Made by a program: the position numbers and the translations under genes
Notes under the pieces: generated by a model
The model's database searches: none
The model's input: the letters and a program-made list of their open reading frames with translations, nothing else
Told to the model about the DNA's origin: nothing
In this document: in pieces, positions 46,281 through 55,456 of the stretch
Numbering within the stretch: position 1 is the stretch's first letter
Layout of the letters: every line of letters begins with the position of its first letter
Assembly (NCBI GenBank): GCA_964633745.1
Contig: CAZWHZ010000002.1
Span: 5,318 to 69,317 of the forward strand
Origin: an uncultured Acidimicrobiia bacterium
GTDB lineage: Bacteria > Actinomycetota > Acidimicrobiia > Spongiisociales > UBA4744
DNA length: 64,000 nt
Direction of reading: 5' to 3'

Positions 46281-47231
46281 TCAGCAGATTCGATCTGCTG
46301 GCAGGCTCGGCCTGTTGCGGATGTGGTCGTTCTCCGGGGCGAACGCGAACTCCCAGAACGCGGCCTGCGATCGCGTCGCCGGCCGGTCGGTGTCGCGTGC
46401 CAGATACAACGTGGTGGTCAGCTCCATGTCCTCGACAGACACGGGAACGACCGTACCCACCTTGGCCGCCTCACACGCGACAGAGGTCGAGACGAACGCA
46501 ACGCCGATCTTCTCCTGTACCGCTGCACAGATCGCCTCCGAGTTGCCGAGCACCATGACGCGTTCGAGGTCGTCCAGGGACATGTCGTGCCACGACAGAC
46601 CTTCCGCTACGGCCGATCGGGTTCCCGACATGGACTCACGGAGGATGAACTGACCCGACAGCAGTTCCTTCGGTTTCAGCGGTCGGTCGAGCGCTGCCCA
46701 CGGATGATCCGGAGGGACGATCAGCACGATGCGGTCGGTCAGGAAGGGCCGGTACTCGATACCCTTGTATGGCTCCCGCAGGCTCGTCATCGCGAGGAGC
46801 ACATCTCCATCGCGCAGCGATTGGAGTGCCTCGCGTCGACCCGTGACATCACACACCAACCCAACCTTCGGGTAGCGGGTGTGAAAGCCCGCCATCAATC
46901 GAGGAACCACGTACTTGCCGGCCGCCGTGCTGCAACCGAGCTTGAGGATCCCGACCACATCGCCTTGGAGTGATGCCATGGCCTCTTCCAGCCGGATCGT
47001 GTGGTCGATGACGTCACGTGCCATGGGCACCAGCACCCGACCGGAGTCGGTCAGGCTGACCTGCCTGCCCGTTCGGGTGAAGAGGGGGAGGTTCAGCTTC
47101 TCCTCGAGCGATCTGATCTGCATCGAGATGGCCGGTTGGGAGATGTTGAGTCGACGTGCAGCCTCCGAGAAGTTCTCGGTTTCTGCGGCGGCAAGGAATA
47201 TCTGGAGTTCTCTCGGGTTGAGCATAACCAA
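46281..47231 (-). CDS. LysR family transcriptional regulator
   Basis: N-terminal HTH (LQIFLAAAETENFSEAARRLNISQPAISMQIRSLEEKL) plus a substrate-binding domain. Confidence 0.9.
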   Translation of the reverse strand: MVMLNPRELQIFLAAAETENFSEAARRLNISQPAISMQIRSLEEKLNLPLFTRTGRQVSLTDSGRVLVPMARDVIDHTIRLEEAMASLQGDVVGILKLGCSTAAGKYVVPRLMAGFHTRYPKVGLVCDVTGRREALQSLRDGDVLLAMTSLREPYKGIEYRPFLTDRIVLIVPPDHPWAALDRPLKPKELLSGQFILRESMSGTRSAVAEGLSWHDMSLDDLERVMVLGNSEAICAAVQEKIGVAFVSTSVACEAAKVGTVVPVSVEDMELTTTLYLARDTDRPATRSQAAFWEFAFAPENDHIRNRPSLPADRIC

Positions 47232-47526
47232 ACTGTATCAGAACGTTCCATGATGGCGCCACTCACTTCTGAGAGAGAGAGGGATTCGCAGGCATAAGTA
47301 TCTGCTCGGTCAGAAGCATTGTCGTAATAAGCCCGTCGTGATAAAGTTGAAGCATCTCCGGATAACCCCGGCGAGTTCGAACGCAAGCACCCTCGGCCAC
47401 TCCCTCCCGGCTGGGGGTGCTTCGTATACGCCTCAAGTTGTGGCGATTCCCTGCCGATATGAACGACGGCAGCGTCCTCGAAGAGAGCACTACGGAGTCC
47501 CCCTTCCTCCAACTCGCCGAGGACTG

Positions 47527-47556
47527 CAGGAACCCCCGGGATACCGGGGGTTCCTG
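47527..47556 (+). other. Perfect 13-bp stem-loop 25 nt upstream of surE
   Basis: CAGGAACCCCCGG-GATA-CCGGGGGTTCCTG. Confidence 0.6.
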
Positions 47557-47580
47557 CCGTTCCGGGTACCCTCTCCGGCG

Positions 47581-48345
47581 ATGGGGTACCTCCTGGTGAC
47601 CAACGACGATGGTGTCGACTCTCCCGCGCTGCTTCCGTTTGTCCGGGCGTTGCAGGACATCGAGGAGGTGAAAGTGGTGGTGCCCGACCGGGAACGAAGC
47701 TGGATCGGGAAGGCCATTACCCGTTTCGGGGAGATCAACGTTACGAGGATCGTGCGTGACGGGGTCGAGATAGCGGTCGCCGATGGGTTCCCTGCCGACT
47801 GCACCCAGCTCGGTGTGCACTCCCTGTTCGGGGAGCCGCCGGAGATGGTCGTCTCGGGAATCAACATCGGTCTCAACGACAGCCTTGCCTTCTTCCTTTC
47901 GAGCGGGACCGCGGGGGCTGCTGCTGAGGGTTGGATCGCCGGTATTCCTGCGATTGCCTTTTCTACAGGCGTGGCACATGATCATCGGAGTTGGGCGAAG
48001 CGCGTGTGGGCGGGCGAGGAGCCTGAGCAATGGGTTCGCGCAGCCGCGGTGAGCGCGGATATCGTTGCGACAACTCGGCGAGATGGCTTCCCTGGAGCGG
48101 ATCTCTTGAACGTGAACTTCGACACGAACGCCACGATCGACACGCCCCGGGTGTTCACCGACCTCGCCAAAGTCGGATACGACCGGATCTTCAGGGAGGT
48201 GCGGCCCGGCGTCTTCATCCACGACTTCTCGACCGGATTACGGGTGCAAGGTGACCTGTCGGGAACGGATGTCGAGGCCGTCGGAAACGGGCTCGTGTCG
48301 ATCACACCGGTTCGCCTCGCCCACGCGGTGAGGCTCACTCCGTGA
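47581..48345 (+). CDS. surE: 5'/3'-nucleotidase SurE
   Basis: MGYLLVTNDDGVDSPAL N-terminus (the DD metal site) and GINIGLN. Start at ATG 47581 inside the listed ORF 47338..48345. Confidence 0.85.
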   Translation: MGYLLVTNDDGVDSPALLPFVRALQDIEEVKVVVPDRERSWIGKAITRFGEINVTRIVRDGVEIAVADGFPADCTQLGVHSLFGEPPEMVVSGINIGLNDSLAFFLSSGTAGAAAEGWIAGIPAIAFSTGVAHDHRSWAKRVWAGEEPEQWVRAAAVSADIVATTRRDGFPGADLLNVNFDTNATIDTPRVFTDLAKVGYDRIFREVRPGVFIHDFSTGLRVQGDLSGTDVEAVGNGLVSITPVRLAHAVRLTP

Positions 48346-48346
48346 G

Positions 48347-48377
48347 CCGGTTTTCGGTTCTCAGTTTCCGGTAGGAC
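48347..48377 (+). repeat. Type-1 heptad array 1 nt after the surE stop
   Basis: CCGGTTT TCGGTTC TCAGTTT CCGGTAG GAC. Confidence 0.8.
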
Positions 48378-48493
48378 GCCCATTCTGCTTGTTCCCCGGC
48401 CGCGTGCTCACCGAAGACCGATGACTGACAAGAACCGCGAGCGAAGCAAGCACTCGCCCCGCGGTCTTGCGTTGTTCTGCGTCGCGTTCCACC

Positions 48494-48521
48494 TGATGAC
48501 TGAAGATTGAGGGCTTGAGGC
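48494..48521 (-). repeat. Degenerate type-1 array, inverted
   Basis: Plus strand TGATGAC TGAAGAT TGAGGGC TTGAGGC. Confidence 0.55.
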
Positions 48522-48553
48522 TCTCAGAGCGAGTCGGGCCATTCCGCGAGACC

Positions 48554-48606
48554 TTCGGCTCCCGGTTCGCCGTTCTCGGTTGCCGGTTCCGGGTTCTCGG
48601 TAAGAC
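48554..48606 (+). repeat. Type-1 (CGGTT subtype) array, seven units
   Basis: TTCGGCT CCCGGTT CGCCGTT CTCGGTT GCCGGTT CCGGGTT CTCGGTA AGAC. Confidence 0.8.
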
Positions 48607-48648
48607 ACTCGCCCTACGGTCTCGTGTTCTTCTGCGTCGCGTTCTCAC

Positions 48649-48682
48649 CGATGACTGAAGACTGAGGACTGAAGACTGTTCT
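48649..48682 (-). repeat. Type-1 heptad array abutting the dcd stop
   Basis: Minus strand after the TGA reads AGAACAG TCTTCAG TCCTCAG TCTTCAG TCATCGG TGAGAAC. Confidence 0.85.
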
Positions 48683-49264
48683 TCAGAAATCCAGATGGAT
48701 TCTGCTGGGGGTTGGTCCTCGCTGGCCCTGGTACTTGCCGACGTCCCCGTAAGGGTGTTCGGCCGGTGTTGTCAGCTCGTAGAACGAGATCTGCCCGATC
48801 TTCATGCCCGGATAGATCGCGATCGGCAGCTTGGCGACGTTCGACAGCTCGAGGGTGAGGTAGCCGTCGAAGCCAGGATCGACGAACCCGGCGGTCGAGT
48901 GGATCAGCAGGCCCAACCTGCCGAGACTCGACTTGCCTTCAAGGCGTGCCACGACATCGTTGCCCAGGCGAACGCGTTCGAGGGTCGATCCGAGTACGAA
49001 CTCGCCTGGATGGAGGATGAACGGCTCGTTCTCCGAAGTCTCCACCAACGTGGTCAGATCGTCCTGCAGCTGTTTGGGATCGATCTGGGGGTATCGGTGA
49101 TTCTCGAAGACGCGAAAGAAACGGTCGACTCGGAGGTCAACGCTCGACGGTTGTACGAAAGACTCGTCGAAGGGATCGATGAGAATCCGGCCGGCCTTGA
49201 GTGCTTCCTTGATGGTTCGGTCCGAGAAAATCACGTGGCCCTCCTCCGTAGGATGGTAGATCAC
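48683..49264 (-). CDS. dcd: dCTP deaminase
   Basis: [25 protein letters not shown] and GQISF motifs. GTG 49234 is an alternative start. Confidence 0.9.
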   Translation of the reverse strand: MIYHPTEEGHVIFSDRTIKEALKAGRILIDPFDESFVQPSSVDLRVDRFFRVFENHRYPQIDPKQLQDDLTTLVETSENEPFILHPGEFVLGSTLERVRLGNDVVARLEGKSSLGRLGLLIHSTAGFVDPGFDGYLTLELSNVAKLPIAIYPGMKIGQISFYELTTPAEHPYGDVGKYQGQRGPTPSRIHLDF

Positions 49265-49332
49265 CGGCAGGACGGGCGCATCGGCGGCTGCGGTCGGCGC
49301 GGTAGGGTTGTCTGTCGTCGAATCGGGAGGAT

Positions 49333-50115
49333 GTGGTGGACTTCGATGCGGTTTCAGTCGAGATCGGCGAAGATGCCGTCGGGGTCGTGACGCTCAACCG
49401 TCCTGACAAGCTCAACACCTTCAACACACCGCTCGCTACGCAGTTCGACGCTGCCCTGAGACGCCTCGACGAGGACGGGCGCGTGCATGTGATCATCCTT
49501 CGGGGAGCCGGCAGGGTGTTCTGCGCCGGTATCGATCTCAACGAGTTCCCGGGCAAGTCGGAGCAGGAATACAGGGCTTGGACCGATCTGATGGAGCGCC
49601 CGCTCGCCACGATGATGGACATCTCCAAGCCGATCATCGCCCAGGTGCATGGCGTAGCGGTCGCCAATGGGGCAGGCACGGTTGCAGCTGCCGATCTGGC
49701 GATCGCAGCGGAAAGCGCCCGTTTCGGCCTGACGGCGATCAACGTCGGACTCAACTGCGTGGGTCCGGTCATTCCGGTCTCCAGATCGGTTGGACGCAAG
49801 AAGGCGCTCGAGTTGCTCTATTTCGGCGAGCTGATCTCTTCGGCTACCGCTGCCGAGATCGGGTTGATCAACCGGGTCGTTCCTGATGACGCTCTCGAAG
49901 AAGAGACCCGATCATGGGCGAGGAAGCTCGCCGAGAAGAGCCCTCTCGCGCTGCGATCCGCAAAGACGTCCTTCTATGCGTCGGCCGATCTCGCCTTCGG
50001 AAGGGCGATGTCGTACATGAACGGCGCGTTCGCCGCCCTCTGCAGCACCGACGACGCGGCTGAGGGCATCGCCGCTTTCAAAGAGAAGCGACCGCCGGTG
50101 TGGCAAGGTTCCTAG
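49333..50115 (+). CDS. Enoyl-CoA hydratase (crotonase family)
   Basis: [12 protein letters not shown] and [10 protein letters not shown] oxyanion-hole motifs. Confidence 0.85.
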   Translation: MVDFDAVSVEIGEDAVGVVTLNRPDKLNTFNTPLATQFDAALRRLDEDGRVHVIILRGAGRVFCAGIDLNEFPGKSEQEYRAWTDLMERPLATMMDISKPIIAQVHGVAVANGAGTVAAADLAIAAESARFGLTAINVGLNCVGPVIPVSRSVGRKKALELLYFGELISSATAAEIGLINRVVPDDALEEETRSWARKLAEKSPLALRSAKTSFYASADLAFGRAMSYMNGAFAALCSTDDAAEGIAAFKEKRPPVWQGS

Positions 50116-50147
50116 CGGACCGAAACCGGCTCCGCTGGAAACCGTAT

Positions 50148-50168
50148 CTCGTACCTTGTACCTCGTAT
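50148..50168 (+). repeat. Type-2 heptad array 3' of the enoyl-CoA hydratase gene
   Basis: CTCGTAC CTTGTAC CTCGTAT. TACCTCGTATGG is shared with 45359-45370. Confidence 0.7.
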
Positions 50169-50234
50169 GGTTGGCGGCAGTGGGGGAACGCGCACGATGG
50201 CGCGTGCGGGAAGCCGTCAGCTGTGCATTGACGG

Positions 50235-51977
50235 CTATCCAGGCGGGAACAGGACCTGTGCGGAGGTGTCGACCATCCACTGATCTCCGGTCTGGGTATC
50301 GACGACGAAACGGCGACCTATGTCCGGGTTCTGCACGTAGGGCTCATCGTCCACCGGCACCATGAGATCGGCGACGACGTAGCGGCCATCGAACGAGAGC
50401 GCAGAGTGGGTTGGCGACCCTATGCGGGCATCCGCGAGGATGGACCACCGATCGATCTCGCTCCCGTCGGCGGCCGACGCCAGGACGACGGTCTGCGGGC
50501 TGTGGAGTGAGACTTCCGCCGAGTAGACGAACACCGACCCGTCCGGGGCGAGTACCCCGCAACCGGAGGCCTTGTCGGGCTCGAACTGAGCGATCCGCGT
50601 GCCGTCGGCGAACGAGTAGAGGTCGTAGAACGTCGAGTCGCCGATGCCGCTCGTCACCAGGATCGAATCACCACCTACCGATGAGCAGTAGATGGTTGTC
50701 TCTTGGTCACTCGCATCGACGATCGTACGAAGGGTCTGATCGGAGATGCGGTAGGCGACGAGACGCGCTCCGTCTGTCACGACACCGACGGGTTCGCCCT
50801 GATCGAGCAGGACGCCCGCCACCGTCCATGGGGCTGCACCGATGACCGCCTGCACATCGACTGTCCCGTCGCCGAGTGTCGCCAGTTCGGCTCCTGCTGT
50901 CCCATCGAACAGCACGGCATCACCAACGATCTCGACGTTGCGGGCAGAGCGGACTGCCGGCCACGCGTACCAACTGTCGCTCTGAAGCGAGCCGTATCGA
51001 AGAAGCGCAACAGGCCCATCGTGGCCGTCGGGGAACAGGAGATCCTCCAGGGAGGGCGACTGCTCAGCCGGCGTTCCATCAGGCGGAAGCGCCTGAACGG
51101 TGAGCCGAGCATCGAACATGGAGACCGGCATGTCAACAGTGACGGGCCCGACACTGCTCGCGAAGCGCACTGTGTAGGTTCGTGCGGACTCCGAACTGGG
51201 CACGCTATCGAGGATCTCGTAGGAAGCGCCACAGAGTGCGGTCTGACAGAACAGGCCCAGAACATCGCTCGCGGAAGAGTCATGCAGATCCGGCAGGCGC
51301 TGCTCGACCTCGTCGGTGGTACCTCCGTTGATCAGGAGGCTCTTGGCGACGTCCCAGGCTCCGTCAGCGAGTGCGTCGAGGAAGTCGGCGAGCGTCTGGC
51401 GACCGGTGACCTCATCGACAGAGGATATAGGTTCGACAGTCACAGCACCGATCAGCACGTGGCGTTGATCGCCGGGTCCTCTGACGGTCTGTACGGTGTA
51501 GACCTCGCGCATCGTCTCGCGCAGCGTTTCTCCGATCTGATACTCCACCAGAACCTCTCTAACGGGGCCGAGGGCGGTTTCCCCTCCAGAAGAGATCACC
51601 GGCCCATCGGGTAGCTCGAGAACGGCCAGGTCGGTGCAGGTGTACAGGCACGTCGGGAAGGTGGGTGAAGCGTACGTTTGGGCCGCTTCATCGGTCAGAC
51701 AGCCCTCCGCTCCTTCGCCGGAGCGTCGGTCTGCAATGAAACGGTTGACGATTTCGTCAGCGAGCTGAGTGCTGGGGATGCGCTCATCGGTGAGCATTGG
51801 CTGGCCGCACTCACCGGGCCCGGCAGGCAGCGTGATTGTGGTCGTGGTGACGGGAGGCGGTAGGGAGCTCGTCGTATCTATCGGAGCGGACGTGCATGCC
51901 GCAGCGAAAAGGAGGATTGCGAGAGTCGTCCGCCGCATGACCATGACACTAGGCGAGAACCAACCAGTCCGGGCCAC
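50235..51977 (-). CDS. Large secreted lipoprotein, C-terminal half beta-propeller-like, function unknown
   Basis: Signal peptide and lipobox (RRTTLAILLFAAACTS), Thr/Pro linker, and repeated DG-S/T-containing strands in the C-terminal half. The start is uncertain (GTG 51977, ATG 51944 or 51938). Confidence 0.6.
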   Translation of the reverse strand: MARTGWFSPSVMVMRRTTLAILLFAAACTSAPIDTTSSLPPPVTTTTITLPAGPGECGQPMLTDERIPSTQLADEIVNRFIADRRSGEGAEGCLTDEAAQTYASPTFPTCLYTCTDLAVLELPDGPVISSGGETALGPVREVLVEYQIGETLRETMREVYTVQTVRGPGDQRHVLIGAVTVEPISSVDEVTGRQTLADFLDALADGAWDVAKSLLINGGTTDEVEQRLPDLHDSSASDVLGLFCQTALCGASYEILDSVPSSESARTYTVRFASSVGPVTVDMPVSMFDARLTVQALPPDGTPAEQSPSLEDLLFPDGHDGPVALLRYGSLQSDSWYAWPAVRSARNVEIVGDAVLFDGTAGAELATLGDGTVDVQAVIGAAPWTVAGVLLDQGEPVGVVTDGARLVAYRISDQTLRTIVDASDQETTIYCSSVGGDSILVTSGIGDSTFYDLYSFADGTRIAQFEPDKASGCGVLAPDGSVFVYSAEVSLHSPQTVVLASAADGSEIDRWSILADARIGSPTHSALSFDGRYVVADLMVPVDDEPYVQNPDIGRRFVVDTQTGDQWMVDTSAQVLFPPG

Positions 51978-51999
51978 AGCTAGGAGGACCAGGGAACGG

Positions 52000-52070
52000 A
52001 GCGGGTGAGGGGAATCGAACCCCCGCTACAAGCTTGGGAAGCTCGTGTTCTACCACTGAACCACACCCGC
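52000..52070 (-). tRNA. tRNA-Gly (anticodon CCC)
   Basis: Hand-folded cloverleaf. Acceptor GCGGGTG/CACCCGC, D arm GTTC-AGTGGTA-GAAC, anticodon arm CGAGC-TTCCCAA-GCTTG, T arm GGGGG-TTCGATT-CCCCT. CCA is not encoded. TAGAAT lies about 10 nt upstream of the 5' end. Confidence 0.9.
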
Positions 52071-52271
52071 ATGATTGACATTCTACCTGGGACGGTGGAT
52101 CAGCTTCGATGCTTGCGTCGCAGTTTCGTCAGTGGTTTTCGGACGAGATCGTCGCAATCGAAATGTGGCTGAAGATCTGGCCGGGTTCCTGGCGACCAAG
52201 AGCCCTCTGCGATGCAGGGGCATGTTCCTGTAGCCTGAGTTGCAGGTCCGACTTCTGTACAGGGAGGCGCG

Positions 52272-53078
52272 GTGAGTGTTGAAGGCCTCGACACATTCTC
52301 TGGGGTGGTGGAGTCCGAAGGCGGGTCTCCGATCGACAGCGCTGCCGAGATTTCTGGGATGTCGATTCCGCGTCTGATTCTCCTGCATCTCGTTCCGGGG
52401 GCACTGGCGACGATCCTGTTCGTGTTCATCGCTCCACCACTGGAGACCGCCGGCTATCCACCGGCGCTGGCGTTCTTCATTGCAGTGGCGCTGGTCATCA
52501 TCCCATGGGAACTCGGGTTCATACTGTGGGCAGGACGCCGAGCAGGAGGTGGCCTGCTCGCCGCGATCGGTTTCCGCCAACCGCTTGCAAGACGCTCATG
52601 GGTGACCGTGTTCCCGGCTGTGTTCGCGGTCTCTTTGATCGGTTTTCTGACTTTCTCGTTGCTCGAGCCCACCATCCTGGACACAATCTTCGGTTGGCTG
52701 CCCTCCTGGTTCGTCAACCTCGTCCCCACCGACGCCGTGGCCGCCTACTCCCCCGGTGCGTGGACGATCACCTTGGTTGTCTACGCACTCATGAACATTT
52801 TCGTTGGGCCAGGTGTGGAAGAGCTCTACTTCCGGGGATACCTCCTGCCCCGCATGTCACAGATGGGAAAATGGGCACCCTTCGTCAACTCTGTGCTCTT
52901 CTCCCTCTACCATTTCTGGAGCCCCTGGAGCTTGCTGACGCGAATCGTTGGCGTGACACCCTTCGCCTACGCGGTCTGGTGGAAGCGCAACATATACCTC
53001 GGAATGGCAGTGCACATGCTGCTCAACGGCCTCAGCACGACGTTCCTCATTGTGACCGTCGTGGGGAAACTCGCCTAG
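52272..53078 (+). CDS. CPBP family intramembrane glutamic endopeptidase (CAAX protease/Abi family)
   Basis: EELYFRGYL and FSLYHF motifs plus a later H (MAVHMLLN). Multiple TM helices. Confidence 0.8.
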   Translation: MSVEGLDTFSGVVESEGGSPIDSAAEISGMSIPRLILLHLVPGALATILFVFIAPPLETAGYPPALAFFIAVALVIIPWELGFILWAGRRAGGGLLAAIGFRQPLARRSWVTVFPAVFAVSLIGFLTFSLLEPTILDTIFGWLPSWFVNLVPTDAVAAYSPGAWTITLVVYALMNIFVGPGVEELYFRGYLLPRMSQMGKWAPFVNSVLFSLYHFWSPWSLLTRIVGVTPFAYAVWWKRNIYLGMAVHMLLNGLSTTFLIVTVVGKLA

Positions 53079-53344
53079 CGCGGAGCGAAACCGGCTGCGA
53101 ACAGAACCGAGAGCGTGAAACGTCTGCTCGATCCTCCGTCGTGAGGCCGGCCAGCGCCGGCTGGGAAGAAGTCCGATCCCGTGACCGTCGTCGACAACTC
53201 TGACGGCTCGTACACGGCGGCGGCGCAAGATGCGCCTCGGTCAACGGAAGATGGGCATTTCGCTCGGCGGAGTGATAGCATCTGGTACTGCTACGTGGGC
53301 TACCGCCTGCGCAGCGAGCATCCAGGGTGTTGCTCCAGGGACGA

Positions 53345-53380
53345 GGGACACGACTCGCGAGGGCCGTGTCCCTTTCTTTA
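53345..53380 (+). terminator. Intrinsic terminator-like hairpin with T-tract
   Basis: GGGACACG-(12 nt)-CGTGTCCC followed by TTTCTTTA on the plus strand. It abuts the stop of the minus-strand 66-aa ORF. Confidence 0.55.
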
Positions 53381-53578
53381 CCGGGACAGGCTGACGATCG
53401 ACCACGCAGTGATGACGATCCCGGTGAGCATGAGGAACCATGCTCTCCCCACATAGAGGTGCTCCGGCTCATGGCGCCTACCGCGTACGAGTGCGACCAG
53501 GTTTCCAAGGATCATCGCTGTGCCAATGGCGAGTACCAGAAGCGCGACGGTCTCATTGAGGCTGAGTAGTCCCTCCAT
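53378..53578 (-). CDS. Small two-TM membrane protein (66 aa)
   Basis: ORF with two clear hydrophobic helices. It competes with an overlapping plus-strand ORF, 53181..53456. Confidence 0.45.
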   Translation of the reverse strand: MEGLLSLNETVALLVLAIGTAMILGNLVALVRGRRHEPEHLYVGRAWFLMLTGIVITAWSIVSLSR

Positions 53579-53651
53579 GTCGGCGCCACGCTACTACCCG
53601 GGCCACTCGATGATCGGACCGTGTGAGAACCTGCGGCCGTACAATGCCGGC

Positions 53652-54551
53652 ATGGCTGACTCACGATCGGCGGTCATCGCCGCGCTGCTCGGCAACACGG
53701 CGATCGCCGTTGCGAAGTTCGCCGCGGCGTTGATCACGGGCAGCGCCGGGATGCTCGCGGAGGCGTTCCACTCCGTTGCCGACACCGGCAACCAGCTGCT
53801 GCTCATGCGAGGGATGGCCGTCGCCAGAAGGGGACGATCGGTACAGCACCCGTTCGGCAGAGGCAAAGAGGTGTACTTCTGGGGCTTCATGGTCGCGGTC
53901 ATGCTGTTTGTCGGTGGTGGCGTTCTTGCCGTGCAGCGAGGGATCGACGCATTACATCATCCGCACGAGGTCACCGACTTCGGCGTGAACTTCGTGGTCT
54001 TGGGTGTCGCCGTCGTGATCGAGTCGTTGTCGTTTCGAGTTGCGAGGCGTGAGTTCAATCGAGAGCGCGGGTCGAGGAGACTGTGGCGTTCCCTCCGTGC
54101 CACGAAGGACACCTCAGTTCTGGTCGTCTTGCTCGAAGACAGCGCGGCAATCGTCGGCCTTGTCATCGCCGCCACCGGCTTGGCGCTGACGATCGTCACG
54201 GGCTCGGCGGTGTGGGACGGCGTGGCATCGATCTTCATTGGAGCGCTCCTTTGCCTCGTCGCCGTGCTGCTGGCATCGGAGACCAAGGAGTTGTTGGTCG
54301 GTGAAGCGGCAACCCGGGCCGACCGAGCGGCAATCCGTGCTGCGGTGCTCTCGGTCGGCGATGTCGAGTCGGTCGGACGACTCCTGACGATGCACCTGGG
54401 ACCGGATGAGGTGCTGGTCAACGTCGAGGTAAGTCTGCAGGACGGCTTCACCGGTGACGGGGCCGCGTCCGTCGTCCGGAAGATCGAAGAGGCGATCAGG
54501 GGCGTGCTTCCCGGGGCCGGCGACATCTTCGTGGAGTCGGTGAATGTCTGA
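53652..54551 (+). CDS. Cation diffusion facilitator (CDF) family metal efflux transporter
   Basis: AFHSVADTGNQ (helix II metal site), six TM helices and a C-terminal cytoplasmic domain. Start at ATG 53652 inside the listed ORF. Confidence 0.85.
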   Translation: MADSRSAVIAALLGNTAIAVAKFAAALITGSAGMLAEAFHSVADTGNQLLLMRGMAVARRGRSVQHPFGRGKEVYFWGFMVAVMLFVGGGVLAVQRGIDALHHPHEVTDFGVNFVVLGVAVVIESLSFRVARREFNRERGSRRLWRSLRATKDTSVLVVLLEDSAAIVGLVIAATGLALTIVTGSAVWDGVASIFIGALLCLVAVLLASETKELLVGEAATRADRAAIRAAVLSVGDVESVGRLLTMHLGPDEVLVNVEVSLQDGFTGDGAASVVRKIEEAIRGVLPGAGDIFVESVNV

Positions 54552-55386
54552 AGCATCCGCTCCCGCGTCGTCGGCCAATCTGGGCCCCGGGTTCGATACG
54601 CTTGCGATGGCACTCGACCTTCGATGTAGCGTCACAGCGGTTCGTTCCGAAGAGTGGGCTGTGCGCCATGTCGGACCTGAGATTCCCGAAGGGGCGGACG
54701 CCGTACTCGCGGCTGCGATGGCCGCTACCGATGAGCCGCTCTCACTCACAGTTCGCAACGACATCCCCATCGGCCGCGGGCTGGGATCGTCTGCCGCGGC
54801 AACGGCTGCGGGGGCCGCCGCGGCGATGCTGGCCGTGGGGAGTGCTGTCACACGAGCTCGTATCTTCGAGATCGTTACGAACGCAGAGGGTCACCCCGAC
54901 AACGCTGCAGCCACCGTGTTCGGCGGTCTCGTATCGGTCACAACGGGTGGCGAGGTGGTTTCGCTCGACCTCTCTTCGGACATAGAGGTCGTGATCGCCG
55001 TTCCGGACCAGAAGCTCTCGACGGAGCTCGCTCGGAGGGTTCTCCCGGACAGGATCGATCGAGGGGTTGCCGTCCGCACGCTTCAGCGGTTGGCGGTCCT
55101 GATCGAAGGCTTGAGGACAGGAGACGCACGGATTCTCGAATCTGCGGGTGGTGACGAACTCCATGAAGCTCCCCGGGCGCATCTCAATTCGTATGCCGAG
55201 CCGCTGATGACGGCTGCTCGCGCAGCGGGAGCGCTTCACGTCTGCTGGAGCGGCGCGGGTCCATCCATCCTTGCCTTGACGGATTCGGCAACCAGGGAGT
55301 CGGTCGCCACGGCGATGGGCAGCGCGCTTGGCGGCATGGGCGTCGTCTCGAGGCCACGCGTCGACCTGCAAGGGCTGGTCCTTTGA
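54544..55386 (+). CDS. thrB: Homoserine kinase
   Basis: SSANLGPGFD and GHMP motif PIGRGLGSSAAA. 8-nt overlap with the CDF gene. Confidence 0.9.
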   Translation: MSEASAPASSANLGPGFDTLAMALDLRCSVTAVRSEEWAVRHVGPEIPEGADAVLAAAMAATDEPLSLTVRNDIPIGRGLGSSAAATAAGAAAAMLAVGSAVTRARIFEIVTNAEGHPDNAAATVFGGLVSVTTGGEVVSLDLSSDIEVVIAVPDQKLSTELARRVLPDRIDRGVAVRTLQRLAVLIEGLRTGDARILESAGGDELHEAPRAHLNSYAEPLMTAARAAGALHVCWSGAGPSILALTDSATRESVATAMGSALGGMGVVSRPRVDLQGLVL

Positions 55387-55456
55387 ACGTTTTCGGCTTG
55401 CGAACCGGGGCCCGACCGGGCAAGCTGGTGACCTCAACCCCGAAGTAGAGGTGTGG

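Noticed and set aside
48554-48682. Pairing of CGGTT-type arrays with RGACTGA arrays through G-U wobble to give a strand-specific long hairpin
   Set aside because: Hand pairing gave only 4-6 of 7 positions per unit, with recurrent C-A or G-G mismatches. That is suggestive but not convincing without a folding calculation, so I do not claim it.
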